Shown here: positions 20,976-30,659 of the stretch, piece by piece | Numbering within the stretch: the first letter of the stretch is position 1 | Layout of the letters: each line of letters begins with the position of its first letter | Origin: Longimicrobiales bacterium | GTDB taxonomy: Bacteria; Gemmatimonadota; Gemmatimonadetes; Longimicrobiales; Gaopeijiaceae | Assembly (NCBI GenBank): GCA_965249725.1 | Contig: CBDFMQ010000002.1 | Span: 1,184,001-1,248,000, forward strand | Direction of reading: 5' to 3' | Length of the DNA stretch: 64,000 bases | The notes under the pieces: model-generated | The model's database searches: none | Seen by the model: the letters and a program-made list of their open reading frames with translations, nothing else | Told to the model about the DNA's origin: nothing | Translations under genes and position numbers: made by a program

Positions 20976-21325
20976 GGACGGTCGCGGACCAGAAGCTCAT
21001 CACCTGCATCGTACCGCACGGGCGGGCGCTGCCGGTGCTCATGGCGCTAAAGGAAGAACTCGGAATCGTGAGCACCACCATCCATCACGCCCGTGGGACC
21101 GGGCGTATGACTCCTCTGGCGTGGCGCGGCGTCGGTGAGGCAGCTGAGAAGGATGTCTTGACGGCCGTTGTGCCTGCTTCACGCGCAGCAGAGGTCTTTG
21201 GCTTCATATACGAACGTGGCAAGATCAGCGAGCCTCACGGCGGGATTCTTTATCAACGACGACTGGCTGCGAGCAGTGAGTTCCACCTCCCAGACTTGCC
21301 CGATGAGGGCACATCGGAGGGTTGA
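20972..21325 (+). CDS. Second P-II-like protein
   Basis: KLITCIVPHG...HARGTG...EKDVL...HGGIL; ATGA overlap with the first P-II gene. Confidence 0.8.
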   Translation: MRTVADQKLITCIVPHGRALPVLMALKEELGIVSTTIHHARGTGRMTPLAWRGVGEAAEKDVLTAVVPASRAAEVFGFIYERGKISEPHGGILYQRRLAASSEFHLPDLPDEGTSEG

Positions 21326-21329
21326 CCCG

Positions 21330-21755
21330 ATGGCAAGTACGGGATCAATCCGGCTTGCGGATGGTATGGCGCCCCTGGAGATCGCGGTGGTTTCGCCGAC
21401 CTATATCGGGGGACTGCGCTTGGCGTCGGAGCTGATTCGGCCGACCGTCGTGAGCTTCTTGGACGTGATGCTTCGTGATCAGGACGCCAATCTGCGCATC
21501 GACGAAATCACGATTCCGGCATCGTCCCCTGCGACGGGCAAAACGGTCGGGGAACTCGCCCTGGACGAGATATCCAACGCTTTGCTCATCGCGGTGCGCA
21601 GCCCGTCGGGTGACTGGCACTACAATCCGAAGGGCGATCGTGAGGTGCTCGCTCGCACGGTGCTGATCCTGCTCGGATCTCCCGAGGACATGGGCACGGT
21701 GTGCGACCGGTTGGGTGGGGTAGTGCTCTCCATGCCCGTGACGACAGGAGCGTAG
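21330..21755 (+). CDS. RCK_C (TrkA-C) domain protein; C-terminal portion of a K+-channel-type protein (possibly truncated)
   Basis: VVSPTYIGGLRLASELIRPTVVSFLDVML (end of RCK_N) then SPATGKTVGEL...LLIAVR...YNP...LILLG; no TM or GxGxxG part. Confidence 0.7.
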   Translation: MASTGSIRLADGMAPLEIAVVSPTYIGGLRLASELIRPTVVSFLDVMLRDQDANLRIDEITIPASSPATGKTVGELALDEISNALLIAVRSPSGDWHYNPKGDREVLARTVLILLGSPEDMGTVCDRLGGVVLSMPVTTGA

Positions 21756-21757
21756 TC

Positions 21758-24298
21758 GTGGAGGAATCCGGCCATCATGTCATAGAGATCGTCGGGGCCA
21801 CGGTCGGACTTCTGCTGGTCGCCGGCGGCGTTATGGCCGTCTCCAAACGGATCAAGATTCCGTTTTCCGTGGCGTTGGTGCTCACGGGAATCGCGCTGGC
21901 ACAGCTGGCGCACCTCGGTGGCGACATCCTCGAGCCTATCGCCAACCTACGGATCGCCCCGGAGATCGCGTTTTTCGTTTTCCTGCCCACGCTGATCTTC
22001 GAGTCGGCCTTCAACCTCGAGGCCCGGGCGCTTCGTGACAACCTGACGGCGGTTCTGACGCTTGCCGTTCCCGGCCTACTGATCTCGACGGGTCTCATCG
22101 CGGGAATCCTGGTGGTGGCGACGCCGTTGGGCTGGCTCGAAGGGCTTCTCCTCGGGTCGATCCTGAGCGCCACCGACCCGGTGTCGGTGATCGCGCTCTT
22201 CCGCCAGCTCGGTGCGCCGAAACGACTCACGATCCTCGTGGAGGGCGAGAGCCTCTTCAATGATGCGACGGCCATCGTGTTGTCCCGGATTCTCACGGGC
22301 ATCCTGCTGGCCGGTGTCATCACGAAGGAAGCCATCGTCTTCGGCGGCGTGCAGTTCCTCTTCGTGTTCTTCGGCGGACTCTTGGTCGGGTGGGCCGCCG
22401 CCCTCGTCGTAGGGATGATTCTGGGCCGGGTGGAGGCCGACACCTTCATCGAGGTAACGCTCACCACGGTTCTGGCCTACGTCTCGTTCCTCCTGGCCGA
22501 GGAAGTTCTGCACCTGAGCGGAGTCATGGCGACCGTCATGGCCGGTATGCTCATCGGGGGTTGGGGAAAGGCCAAGATATCGCCGTCGGTGGCTGGGTAT
22601 CTGGAGCATTTTTGGGAGTATATGGCCATGGTGGCCAACGCCCTGATCTTCCTCATGGTAGGCCTCGCCGTGGACCTGGGCGCTCTCGCGAGCAGTGCGC
22701 CCCTGCTGGTCGTGGTCATATCGGCGATGTTGGTCTCCCGGGCGATTGTGATCTTCGGGCTGGTTCCCGGTATCGGGCGGCTGCCGGGTTCGGATCCGAT
22801 AGACCGGGGATATCAGACGGTAATGTTCTGGGGCGGGCTCCGAGGCGCCGTAGCACTTGCCATCGCCCTCAGTCTTCCGGAACTCGGTAGAGAAGTGTCT
22901 GGCTTCGGGGACCTGAACGAGCTCATCGTCGCTCTCGTCATGGGGGCCGTGCTCTTCACCCTCCTGGCTCAGGGCCTCTCGATCGAAGCCCTCGTGCGCC
23001 GATTCGGGCTTCACGTGCCTCCCCTGTCGGACCGCGTGGCGCGTCTCGAGGGCCTGCTCTCGGCGAAGCAACGCACGCTCGAACAGGTCCCCGACCTCCA
23101 GATCGGCGGGCTCTTTCCTCCCCGCATCGCCGAGGGCGTGCGCTTACGATGCGAAGCAAGCATCCAGGAAATGAAGGCCGCCCTCGCCGACCTCCGCCGG
23201 GAGGATCTCGACGTCGAGCAGGAGAGAAAGCTTCTCTACCTCCGCTCGTTCGGCGAAGAGAACACCATCTACTACTCCATGTTCTCCCGGGGTCACCTCA
23301 CGGAGCGGACCTACCGCAACCTGGTGCACTCCATCGAGCTGCAGACCGAGGGCATCCGACACGAGGGACGGCTTCCCGAGTACACGCTCCATCCGCCCAC
23401 CGGTGAGCGCATCGAGAATGTGGTCTACCGGCTGATGGACCACATTCCCGGTCTCGGCGCCTGGGCGGAGAGCATGCGGGCGGAACGGACCGCCCGTGAC
23501 TACGAGATCGCATGGGCGAGGTCTCGCGGCAGCCGACAGGTCTTGGAGGAGCTGGCAACGGGCGGTGAGGCCGAGTCAGCTCGACCCGAGATCATGGACG
23601 ACATTCGGGCCTCGTACGAGTACTGGAGAGAGAACGCCCGTGGCCGACTCGATCAGAACGCCGAGCAGTTTCCCGAATTCGTGCAGTCCACTCAGGAACG
23701 GCTCGCAGAACGTATGGTGCTCCACGCGGAGCGCGAGGCTATCGAGGCCAAGGCCCACGCGGGAATTATCCCCGAGGGGGTGGCCGAGGTGATGCTCGAG
23801 GAGATGGCTGCTGAACTACGCGATCTGCGGGCGAGCACGATCGGGAAGCTGGCAGTGGATCCGGAGGAGCTCCTCAAGAAGGTGCCCTTCTTCCTGGAGA
23901 CACCCCAAGAGGAATTCGCCATGGTGGTGTCAAAACTGAGGCGGAGGACCGCACCGGCCGGCGAGGTGATCGTAAAGCAGGGAGCGTCGGGATCGTCGCT
24001 CTACCTCGTGGCACGGGGTGTGGTGCGCGTTTCAAGGCAGGACGGAGGCCTCACGCGGGACATGGCAACGCTGATGGCAGGTGACTTCTTCGGGGAGATG
24101 GCTCTGCTGCATGGCACCCCACGGACAGCCACATGCCGTGCCGCTACGCCGTGCGCGCTCTATGAGCTGCGGCGAGACGATATGGATGCGGTGAGGGAGG
24201 CATGCCCCCGCATTCAGCAGGCTCTGGAGGACGCTGACAAGCACCGCCGTGAGGAATTGAGAACACCGAGCGAGCGGCAGGACGAGGCCCCAGCGTGA
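21758..24298 (+). CDS. CPA1 (NhaP-type) cation/H+ antiporter with C-terminal cyclic-nucleotide-binding domain
   Basis: SATDPVSV, EGESLFNDATA, WGGLRGAVALA; C-terminal FFGEMALL..PRTATCRA. Start probably GTG 21758. Confidence 0.9.
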   Translation: MEESGHHVIEIVGATVGLLLVAGGVMAVSKRIKIPFSVALVLTGIALAQLAHLGGDILEPIANLRIAPEIAFFVFLPTLIFESAFNLEARALRDNLTAVLTLAVPGLLISTGLIAGILVVATPLGWLEGLLLGSILSATDPVSVIALFRQLGAPKRLTILVEGESLFNDATAIVLSRILTGILLAGVITKEAIVFGGVQFLFVFFGGLLVGWAAALVVGMILGRVEADTFIEVTLTTVLAYVSFLLAEEVLHLSGVMATVMAGMLIGGWGKAKISPSVAGYLEHFWEYMAMVANALIFLMVGLAVDLGALASSAPLLVVVISAMLVSRAIVIFGLVPGIGRLPGSDPIDRGYQTVMFWGGLRGAVALAIALSLPELGREVSGFGDLNELIVALVMGAVLFTLLAQGLSIEALVRRFGLHVPPLSDRVARLEGLLSAKQRTLEQVPDLQIGGLFPPRIAEGVRLRCEASIQEMKAALADLRREDLDVEQERKLLYLRSFGEENTIYYSMFSRGHLTERTYRNLVHSIELQTEGIRHEGRLPEYTLHPPTGERIENVVYRLMDHIPGLGAWAESMRAERTARDYEIAWARSRGSRQVLEELATGGEAESARPEIMDDIRASYEYWRENARGRLDQNAEQFPEFVQSTQERLAERMVLHAEREAIEAKAHAGIIPEGVAEVMLEEMAAELRDLRASTIGKLAVDPEELLKKVPFFLETPQEEFAMVVSKLRRRTAPAGEVIVKQGASGSSLYLVARGVVRVSRQDGGLTRDMATLMAGDFFGEMALLHGTPRTATCRAATPCALYELRRDDMDAVREACPRIQQALEDADKHRREELRTPSERQDEAPA

Positions 24299-24392
24299 AG
24301 ACGCTGGACAGAATACCCGGTCCGTTCCCATCTTTACTCTAAGGAGCGTTGAATCATTTACACGTTGTCCCCCCAGACCAGGAACGAGATGG

Positions 24393-24620
24393 ATGGAAGT
24401 TCAGAGCGAACGCCGGGGCGGTTCCCGTCGAGGACCCGACAAGCGAGAGACTGATGAAAGACGGATCGGCAAAGGACGCCGTATCTGGAACCGTCGCATC
24501 AGTGAGGATCCGGTAGATGCAGAGAAGCGTGCGGATATCCGCCGTATAGGCTCGGTCCGACGCGATGGTGCGCTACGCCGTGCAGAAGTACGCCGCAATG
24601 GTGACCGCCGCATCGCCTAG
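24393..24620 (+). CDS. Small basic protein with repeated (E/D)RR / RxxxR motifs
   Basis: 75 aa, ERRGGSRR..ERRIGKGRRIWNRR..DIRRIGSVRR..VRRNGDRR; purine-rich stretch upstream. Confidence 0.5.
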   Translation: MEVQSERRGGSRRGPDKRETDERRIGKGRRIWNRRISEDPVDAEKRADIRRIGSVRRDGALRRAEVRRNGDRRIA

Positions 24621-24699
24621 CGATCTCTCGACACCGCTGGTCACAAGGCCCCTCTGAGCTCGATGGGGGGCCTTCGTGTATTCAAGGTGCTTCGAGTCC

Positions 24700-26328
24700 C
24701 TACCGCACTGACCCGATCAGCACTTTTCCGTCGAGGTCGTCCGGGGTGGGGATGCCTGCCAGCGCGGCCAGCGTGGGTGCTATATCGACGGTCGCGGCCG
24801 GCCCGTCGGACGAACCGGTGTTGATACCGGCCCCATAAAAGATCAACGGCACCCATCGATCGAAGTAGTACGCCGAACGGTGATCGGTGCCGACACGGCG
24901 AGTCACCCAGGAAGGAGCCACCAAAGAGTGTGGTTTCCATTGGATGTACACACCGAATCGGGTGAGCTGATTCACGTGACGCCCCGGGACGTGGGAGTTG
25001 GCGAACAGCCGGGTGAACGAGTCCGCCGGCTGGTCTACCTCGAGGTCGGCGAAGGTGAACACTCGACGGATACTCGGAAGGGCCTCGAGGGCCTCAACAA
25101 GCCTGGGAGCCAGGTCCCTGCTCGCCTCTTGATCGACCACAACGCTCTGTGCCTTCACAAGTACCTCTCGGACATCCTCCACGGTGAGGCGAGCCACCGG
25201 AGTTTCGAGGTGCTCGGGGATGTCGGACACCCCGTGATCGCTGGACAGCGCCATGACCCAGTTGTCCTCGCCCACCTCCTCATCGAGGAAGGTCATGAGC
25301 TGCCCGAGCAGCCCGTCGAGCCGAATCAGATTGTCGAGCTGCTCTCGACTGCGCGGCCCGTAGCCGTGTCCCATGGCGTCGGTCTGCGAGAACGATAGCG
25401 CCAAGAAATCCACCTCGTTGCGCTGTCCCAGCTCTCGCTCCTCGACGGCCGCCATGGCCATGTGGAGGACGGCCTTGTCCGGGTAGGGTGTGCCATAGCG
25501 CCAGGTGTTGAGGCCCCGCTCGCCCTCGGACACCACTTCCGCGCGGGCCAGATGAGGAAAGCCGCTGCGCCCTGGTGCGCCCTCCCACTGCGAGGTATCG
25601 GGCCGGGTCAGATGCAGCAACTCGTCCGGAATCTGGCTTTCCCAGACCGTATCCGAGTAGACGTCCGGTAGGACCTCCTCGTTGAAACGCACGACCCAGT
25701 CCGGATATCGATCAGCGTAGAATCCGGAAGTGGCAAACTTCCCGAACTCTTGGAGAAGCCAGTACACCTCTCCCTTGGTCTTCCCGGCCAAGTTGATGGC
25801 CGCCACATCCTTCCGGGAGATCGAGACGATGCGAGCATCGTCGTCCTCTTCCTCGATCCAGTCGGCCAGTCCGCCCCGGGCCAGATTAGCCGAGGAGCGT
25901 CCTCGATAGCCCGTATAGCCGAGTATCGGCGACGACGAGTCCGCGACGGCAAACATAGGCTTAAGGTCGCCGTCTTCTACCTCGTACCACTCGTTCGCCA
26001 CCATGCGATGCTTCGCCGGGTGGACTCCGGTCGAAACCGTCGCGTGACCGGGCGCGGTGGAGGTCACGGCATGGTCGTGGGTGGTCCTAGTAAACTGAAA
26101 CCCCTCGTCGAGAAGTGTGCGGATGCCCCCGCTGAACGCCTCAGAGTACTCGGGTAGCAGGTCACCGCGGAGCTGGTCCACCACCACCAAAACCACGAGC
26201 TTGGGGGCTGCCTGCGACCCCCACAACACGTCGGTTCGGAGGGGGGGGGCTGCCGTGGCACCACACGCGACCACAGCGGCCGCCAGAGCGAACAACGCCA
26301 CCAACTCCCTCGACTTCGTGATTCTCAA
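24700..26328 (-). CDS. Alkaline phosphatase superfamily lipoprotein (PafA-type)
   Basis: VVVDQLRGD, TSTAPGHAT (Thr nucleophile), SQTDAMGHGYGP, SSDHG, DIAPTLA; lipobox-like VVAC. Confidence 0.88.
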   Translation of the reverse strand: MRITKSRELVALFALAAAVVACGATAAPPLRTDVLWGSQAAPKLVVLVVVDQLRGDLLPEYSEAFSGGIRTLLDEGFQFTRTTHDHAVTSTAPGHATVSTGVHPAKHRMVANEWYEVEDGDLKPMFAVADSSSPILGYTGYRGRSSANLARGGLADWIEEEDDDARIVSISRKDVAAINLAGKTKGEVYWLLQEFGKFATSGFYADRYPDWVVRFNEEVLPDVYSDTVWESQIPDELLHLTRPDTSQWEGAPGRSGFPHLARAEVVSEGERGLNTWRYGTPYPDKAVLHMAMAAVEERELGQRNEVDFLALSFSQTDAMGHGYGPRSREQLDNLIRLDGLLGQLMTFLDEEVGEDNWVMALSSDHGVSDIPEHLETPVARLTVEDVREVLVKAQSVVVDQEASRDLAPRLVEALEALPSIRRVFTFADLEVDQPADSFTRLFANSHVPGRHVNQLTRFGVYIQWKPHSLVAPSWVTRRVGTDHRSAYYFDRWVPLIFYGAGINTGSSDGPAATVDIAPTLAALAGIPTPDDLDGKVLIGSVR

Positions 26329-26497
26329 AAACCCTCCGCAGTGGAACCGCTCAGCAATCCCTTTTCCAACGTCCCACCCAGACCCATGAACCCATCGTTC
26401 ATACCGGGGTTAGACTCCCCTGGATCCAAGAACTCTGGAAACGCCCCCGTCGTACCTGAGAGAGCCCGGGAGCCGGGGCCGACCTGTTTGATGCGCC

Positions 26498-28861
26498 ATG
26501 ACTGAACATATAGACCGCGCTGTGCCAAGCCCCGGGCGAGATTTCGTCCGCGCCATCATCGCCGACGACGTAGACTCGGGCAAGCACGCAGGCGCGGTGG
26601 TCACTCGCTTTCCCCCGGAGCCCAACGGGTACCTGCACATCGGTCACGCCAAGTCGATTTGCCTCAACTTCGGCGCGGCGGCCGAGCACGATGGTGTAAC
26701 CCACCTCCGCTTCGACGACACGAATCCCGAAACCGAGGACGAGCTGTACGTCCGCTCCATTCAGGAGGACGTCCGCTGGCTCGGCTTCGACTGGGGGGAG
26801 CACCTCTACTTCGCATCGGACTACTTCGAGCGGCTGTACGAGTACGCGACGGATCTGATCAAGACGGGCAAGGCCTACGTGGACAGTTCGAGCGGAGAGG
26901 ACATCCGCGAGTACCGAGGCACGGTCGGTGAGTCCGGACGAGAGAGTCCGTTCCGTGATCGTACCGTCGAAGAGAACCTCGACCTCTTCGAGCGCATGCG
27001 GGCCGGAGAGTTCGGAGATGGCGAGCACGTGCTGCGAGCCCGGATCGACATGGCGTCGAACAACATGCTCATGCGTGATCCGGTCCTCTATCGCATCCGC
27101 CATGCCGACCATTACCGGACCGGCGGGGATTGGTGCATCTACCCGCTCTACGACTTCACGCATTGTCTCTCGGATTCGATCGAGGGGATCACGCACTCCG
27201 TGTGCACGCTGGAGTTCGAGAACAACCGGGAGTTGTACGACTGGGTGTTGGACAATCTGGACGTCCCACGCCCCCACCCGCGTCAGTACGAAATGGCTCG
27301 CCTCAACCTCGAGTACACGGTACTGAGCAAGCGGAAACTGCTGGCTCTGGTGAACGACGGGCACGTATCGGGCTGGGACGATCCCCGGATGCCCACCATC
27401 GCCGGAATGCGACGCAGGGGTGTGCCGCCAGGAGCGCTGCGGGCCTTCTGCGACATGATCGGAGTGGCGAAGACCGAGAATCGTGTGGACATCGGTAAGC
27501 TCGAGTATGCCATCCGGGACGAGCTGAACCACGAGGCACGCAGAGTCATGTGCGTCCTGCGCCCGCTGAAAATGGTCGTCACCAACTATCCAGAGGGAGA
27601 AGTCGAGGAGTTGGAAGCCCCATATTTCCCGAAGGATGTCGGCAAGGAAGGGTCCCGGACCATTCCATTCACCCGCGAGCTCTTCATCGAAGAGAGCGAC
27701 TTCGAGGAGGATCCTCCCAAGGGTTTCAAACGATTGACGCCGGGCGAGGAGGTGCGCCTCCGCTATGGGTACGTGGTGCGCTGCACGGAGGTCATCAAGG
27801 ACGAGGCCGGCAACGTCTCGGAGATCCACTGCACCTACGATCCGGAAACTCGGGGCGGCAACACGCCGGACGGCCGGAAGGTGAAGGGCACGATTCACTG
27901 GGTCTCCGCTTCCGAATCGCTGCCGGTCGATGTGCGCCTGTATGACCGTCTCTTCGTACGAGCCGACCCCGACGACGTCGAAGAGGACGAGGAGTTCACG
28001 GCGCACCTGAATCCCGATTCCCTCGTGGTGCTCACCGAAAGCCGGATCGAATCAAGCGTGGGCGCGGAGGGGCTCGAAGGCCCCTATCAGTTCGAGAGGA
28101 CGGGGTACTTCGTGGCCGACTCGGTGGATTCGAAGCCCGACAGGATGGTTTTCAATCGCACGGTCACTCTCCGAGACAGCTGGGCGAAGGCGCGTGAGGC
28201 TGCCGCGTCGAGCTCCGACAGCACGGATGCGGCGAAGACAACCGAAGCGGGACTGGAGTCAAAGGGATCCCAGCCGAACGACACGCCTCCGCCCCCTCGA
28301 TCGGCTCGTCCCGAGGACGCAGAGGCCGCGAGGACCTATGACGAACTCATGTCGGCTGCAGGCCTCTCAGATGCGGAGGCTTCGGTCCTGGCTCAGGACG
28401 CAGAGCTGCTCTCCTTGTTCGGGGACGCGTCAGACCACACCGGCGACGTCGTCGCCTTGGCTAGGTGGGTGGTGAACGAGGTCCCTCGCATCCGGGAGGG
28501 CCGCCCGTTGGCCGAGCTGCCCTTTGGTGGAGCCGAACTCGGCGGCTTGGTGGACCTTGTCTCGAACGGTGCCGTGTCGGGGCGGGCGGCTAAAGACGTC
28601 TTGGCCGTCCTGGCCATAGAGGGGGGTGACCCTGCAGCTGTCATCGAAGAGCGCGGGCTGGGCCAGGTGAGCGACGCCTCCGCGCTAGAGCCCCTGGTGA
28701 AGGCGGTGATGGACGGAAATCCCGACAAGGTAGAGGCTTACCGAGGCGGCAAGACGGGCCTGCTGGACTTCTTCGTCGGTCAGGTGCTGAGGGTAACCAA
28801 AGGCGCCGCTGATCCGGAGCTTACGCAGCGCATGCTTCGGGACGCGCTGGGCGGGGACTGA
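26498..28861 (+). CDS. glnS: Glutamine--tRNA ligase with C-terminal YqeY/GatB domain
   Basis: [42 protein letters not shown]-terminal '[26 protein letters not shown]'. Confidence 0.95.
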   Translation: MTEHIDRAVPSPGRDFVRAIIADDVDSGKHAGAVVTRFPPEPNGYLHIGHAKSICLNFGAAAEHDGVTHLRFDDTNPETEDELYVRSIQEDVRWLGFDWGEHLYFASDYFERLYEYATDLIKTGKAYVDSSSGEDIREYRGTVGESGRESPFRDRTVEENLDLFERMRAGEFGDGEHVLRARIDMASNNMLMRDPVLYRIRHADHYRTGGDWCIYPLYDFTHCLSDSIEGITHSVCTLEFENNRELYDWVLDNLDVPRPHPRQYEMARLNLEYTVLSKRKLLALVNDGHVSGWDDPRMPTIAGMRRRGVPPGALRAFCDMIGVAKTENRVDIGKLEYAIRDELNHEARRVMCVLRPLKMVVTNYPEGEVEELEAPYFPKDVGKEGSRTIPFTRELFIEESDFEEDPPKGFKRLTPGEEVRLRYGYVVRCTEVIKDEAGNVSEIHCTYDPETRGGNTPDGRKVKGTIHWVSASESLPVDVRLYDRLFVRADPDDVEEDEEFTAHLNPDSLVVLTESRIESSVGAEGLEGPYQFERTGYFVADSVDSKPDRMVFNRTVTLRDSWAKAREAAASSSDSTDAAKTTEAGLESKGSQPNDTPPPPRSARPEDAEAARTYDELMSAAGLSDAEASVLAQDAELLSLFGDASDHTGDVVALARWVVNEVPRIREGRPLAELPFGGAELGGLVDLVSNGAVSGRAAKDVLAVLAIEGGDPAAVIEERGLGQVSDASALEPLVKAVMDGNPDKVEAYRGGKTGLLDFFVGQVLRVTKGAADPELTQRMLRDALGGD

Positions 28862-28869
28862 GTCGGGTC

Positions 28870-30387
28870 TCAGGGGCGGGAAACGACACCCAGACCCTCG
28901 TCTCCGGACCCATACACATAGTCCTCGAGCGCGCCGTGAATACGGTCCACCGTCTCCGACGACGGAGGAGCGCTGAGCCTCGACACGACGATGCACGCCA
29001 CGAAGTTGGCCAGCAGTGACCAGATCGCGCCGTGCACGCCACGCGGATGGGGCACCACGGCCAGAGTCCAATAGAGGGTGATCATCCCGGCTGCGATGCC
29101 GGTCAGGACCCCTACCCTGCTGAACGGGCGCCGCGTCGGGTAACAGACGCCCAAGGTACCGGGCAGGAGTTGCAGCGCTCCCGCCCCGGAAAGTGTGACG
29201 AGGGTCACGAGGAAGCTGAAGGTGTTCACCGACAGCACGTAGCCCACGACGAGGAGCGCCAGCACGATGCCCCTCCCGATCCACAGGTAGTGGGCCGCAT
29301 CGCGGTCCGGGGCCACGTAACGCTGGTAGATGTCCCGGGTCAGCACGGTCATGTTCGCGTGGAGTATGGAGTCCAGCGTCGACATGGCCGCGGCGGTCGC
29401 CCCTGCGAGAATCAGCCCGGTGAGCCAAGCCGGGGCGTACAGGACCAACAACTCCGGAAAGATCCGGTCCGGGGTCGCCAGGTCGGGAAGGATGATGGCC
29501 CCGCCCAGACCCACCAGAGCGGCCGGAATGTACAGCGTCATGAGGAAGATGGGCGTGGTGGCGCCCAGCCACTTGATCACCCGTCCCGAGGTGGCGGTGT
29601 AGTAGCGGATCATCATATGGGGTTGAAGCACGATTCCGAAGGACAGTGCCACCGTCATGCCCACCCACATGCCCGGAGTGAAGAAGCCCTCGGGTCCGGG
29701 CAGCCGCAACAAATCGGGACGCTCCTCCGCCACCCTGCGCCAAAGGGCCAGCGGGCCTCCGAAGAGCCTTTCGGCCAGTACGAGGGCCCCGGCCCACACG
29801 GCCACGTACATCCAGGCCCCTTGGATCACGTCGGTCCAGTACACCGCGCGAAGCCCACCCGCCATGAGGTATCCACCCGCAACGATGAGGAGGATCAGGG
29901 TGCCAATCTCGAATGAGATCCGGTCGCCGGACGCAACGGAGATGATGTACCCGAGACCCTGCGCCTGAACCTGGATGTACAGCACGGTGAAGAGCACGGA
30001 GACGAGGGCCACCACCACCCGGACGGCCTCACTCTCGTAGAAGTCCGCCAGCATGTCAGCGGGGGTGATGTACCCGAAGCGCTTTCCGAGAGCCCAGATG
30101 CGGACACCGAGCGTGTAGGTGATCGCACCGACCATCACCGTCCAAGTTCCGGCCTCCCAGAACCCGATTCCGTGGGTATAGAAGAACCCGCCCGAACCCA
30201 GGAACGCGAAGGCCGAATGGTAGCTGGCGACCACCGTGAGGTAGAGGACGACGAACCCGGCCTTCCGGCCATAGAGGAGGAAATCCTCGAGATCCACGGA
30301 CATCGCACGGTTCGCCAGGAAACCGAGTACAATCGTGACGAGGATGTAGGCGAAGATGAGACCGGTGGCGACGACCCAGCTCTCCAT
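28870..30387 (-). CDS. Sodium:solute symporter family protein
   Basis: SAFAFLG, GGLRAVYWTDVIQG, AAAMSTLDS; many TM segments. Confidence 0.9.
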   Translation of the reverse strand: MESWVVATGLIFAYILVTIVLGFLANRAMSVDLEDFLLYGRKAGFVVLYLTVVASYHSAFAFLGSGGFFYTHGIGFWEAGTWTVMVGAITYTLGVRIWALGKRFGYITPADMLADFYESEAVRVVVALVSVLFTVLYIQVQAQGLGYIISVASGDRISFEIGTLILLIVAGGYLMAGGLRAVYWTDVIQGAWMYVAVWAGALVLAERLFGGPLALWRRVAEERPDLLRLPGPEGFFTPGMWVGMTVALSFGIVLQPHMMIRYYTATSGRVIKWLGATTPIFLMTLYIPAALVGLGGAIILPDLATPDRIFPELLVLYAPAWLTGLILAGATAAAMSTLDSILHANMTVLTRDIYQRYVAPDRDAAHYLWIGRGIVLALLVVGYVLSVNTFSFLVTLVTLSGAGALQLLPGTLGVCYPTRRPFSRVGVLTGIAAGMITLYWTLAVVPHPRGVHGAIWSLLANFVACIVVSRLSAPPSSETVDRIHGALEDYVYGSGDEGLGVVSRP

Positions 30388-30391
30388 CTCT

Positions 30392-30616
30392 TCAGACCTT
30401 CTTCCGCAGGGCCCAGAGAAGGACGCCGATGAGCGCGAAGTAGATGGCGCCCAGGTAGATGTAGAGGAAGGGCATGCCCAGGAGCCAGCCCCCGCCGAAC
30501 GACGCGTCGACCCAGTGCACGATGGGGGGCTGGGCCAGCGCCATCAGCGCCAGGAAGGCGCAGAGGCTGACCCAACCGGCCGCGGAGCGGGGCACGTAGT
30601 GGCTTCGGATGCTCAT
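30392..30616 (-). CDS. Small 2-TM SSS-associated membrane protein (DUF3311/DUF997-like)
   Basis: MSIRSHYVPRS..., 'WLLGMPFLYIYL' pattern, directly upstream of the SSS gene. Confidence 0.7.
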   Translation of the reverse strand: MSIRSHYVPRSAAGWVSLCAFLALMALAQPPIVHWVDASFGGGWLLGMPFLYIYLGAIYFALIGVLLWALRKKV

Positions 30617-30659
30617 CGCGGCGTGTATCTCGTCAAATGGAGTATCTCGGAGCGGAAGA

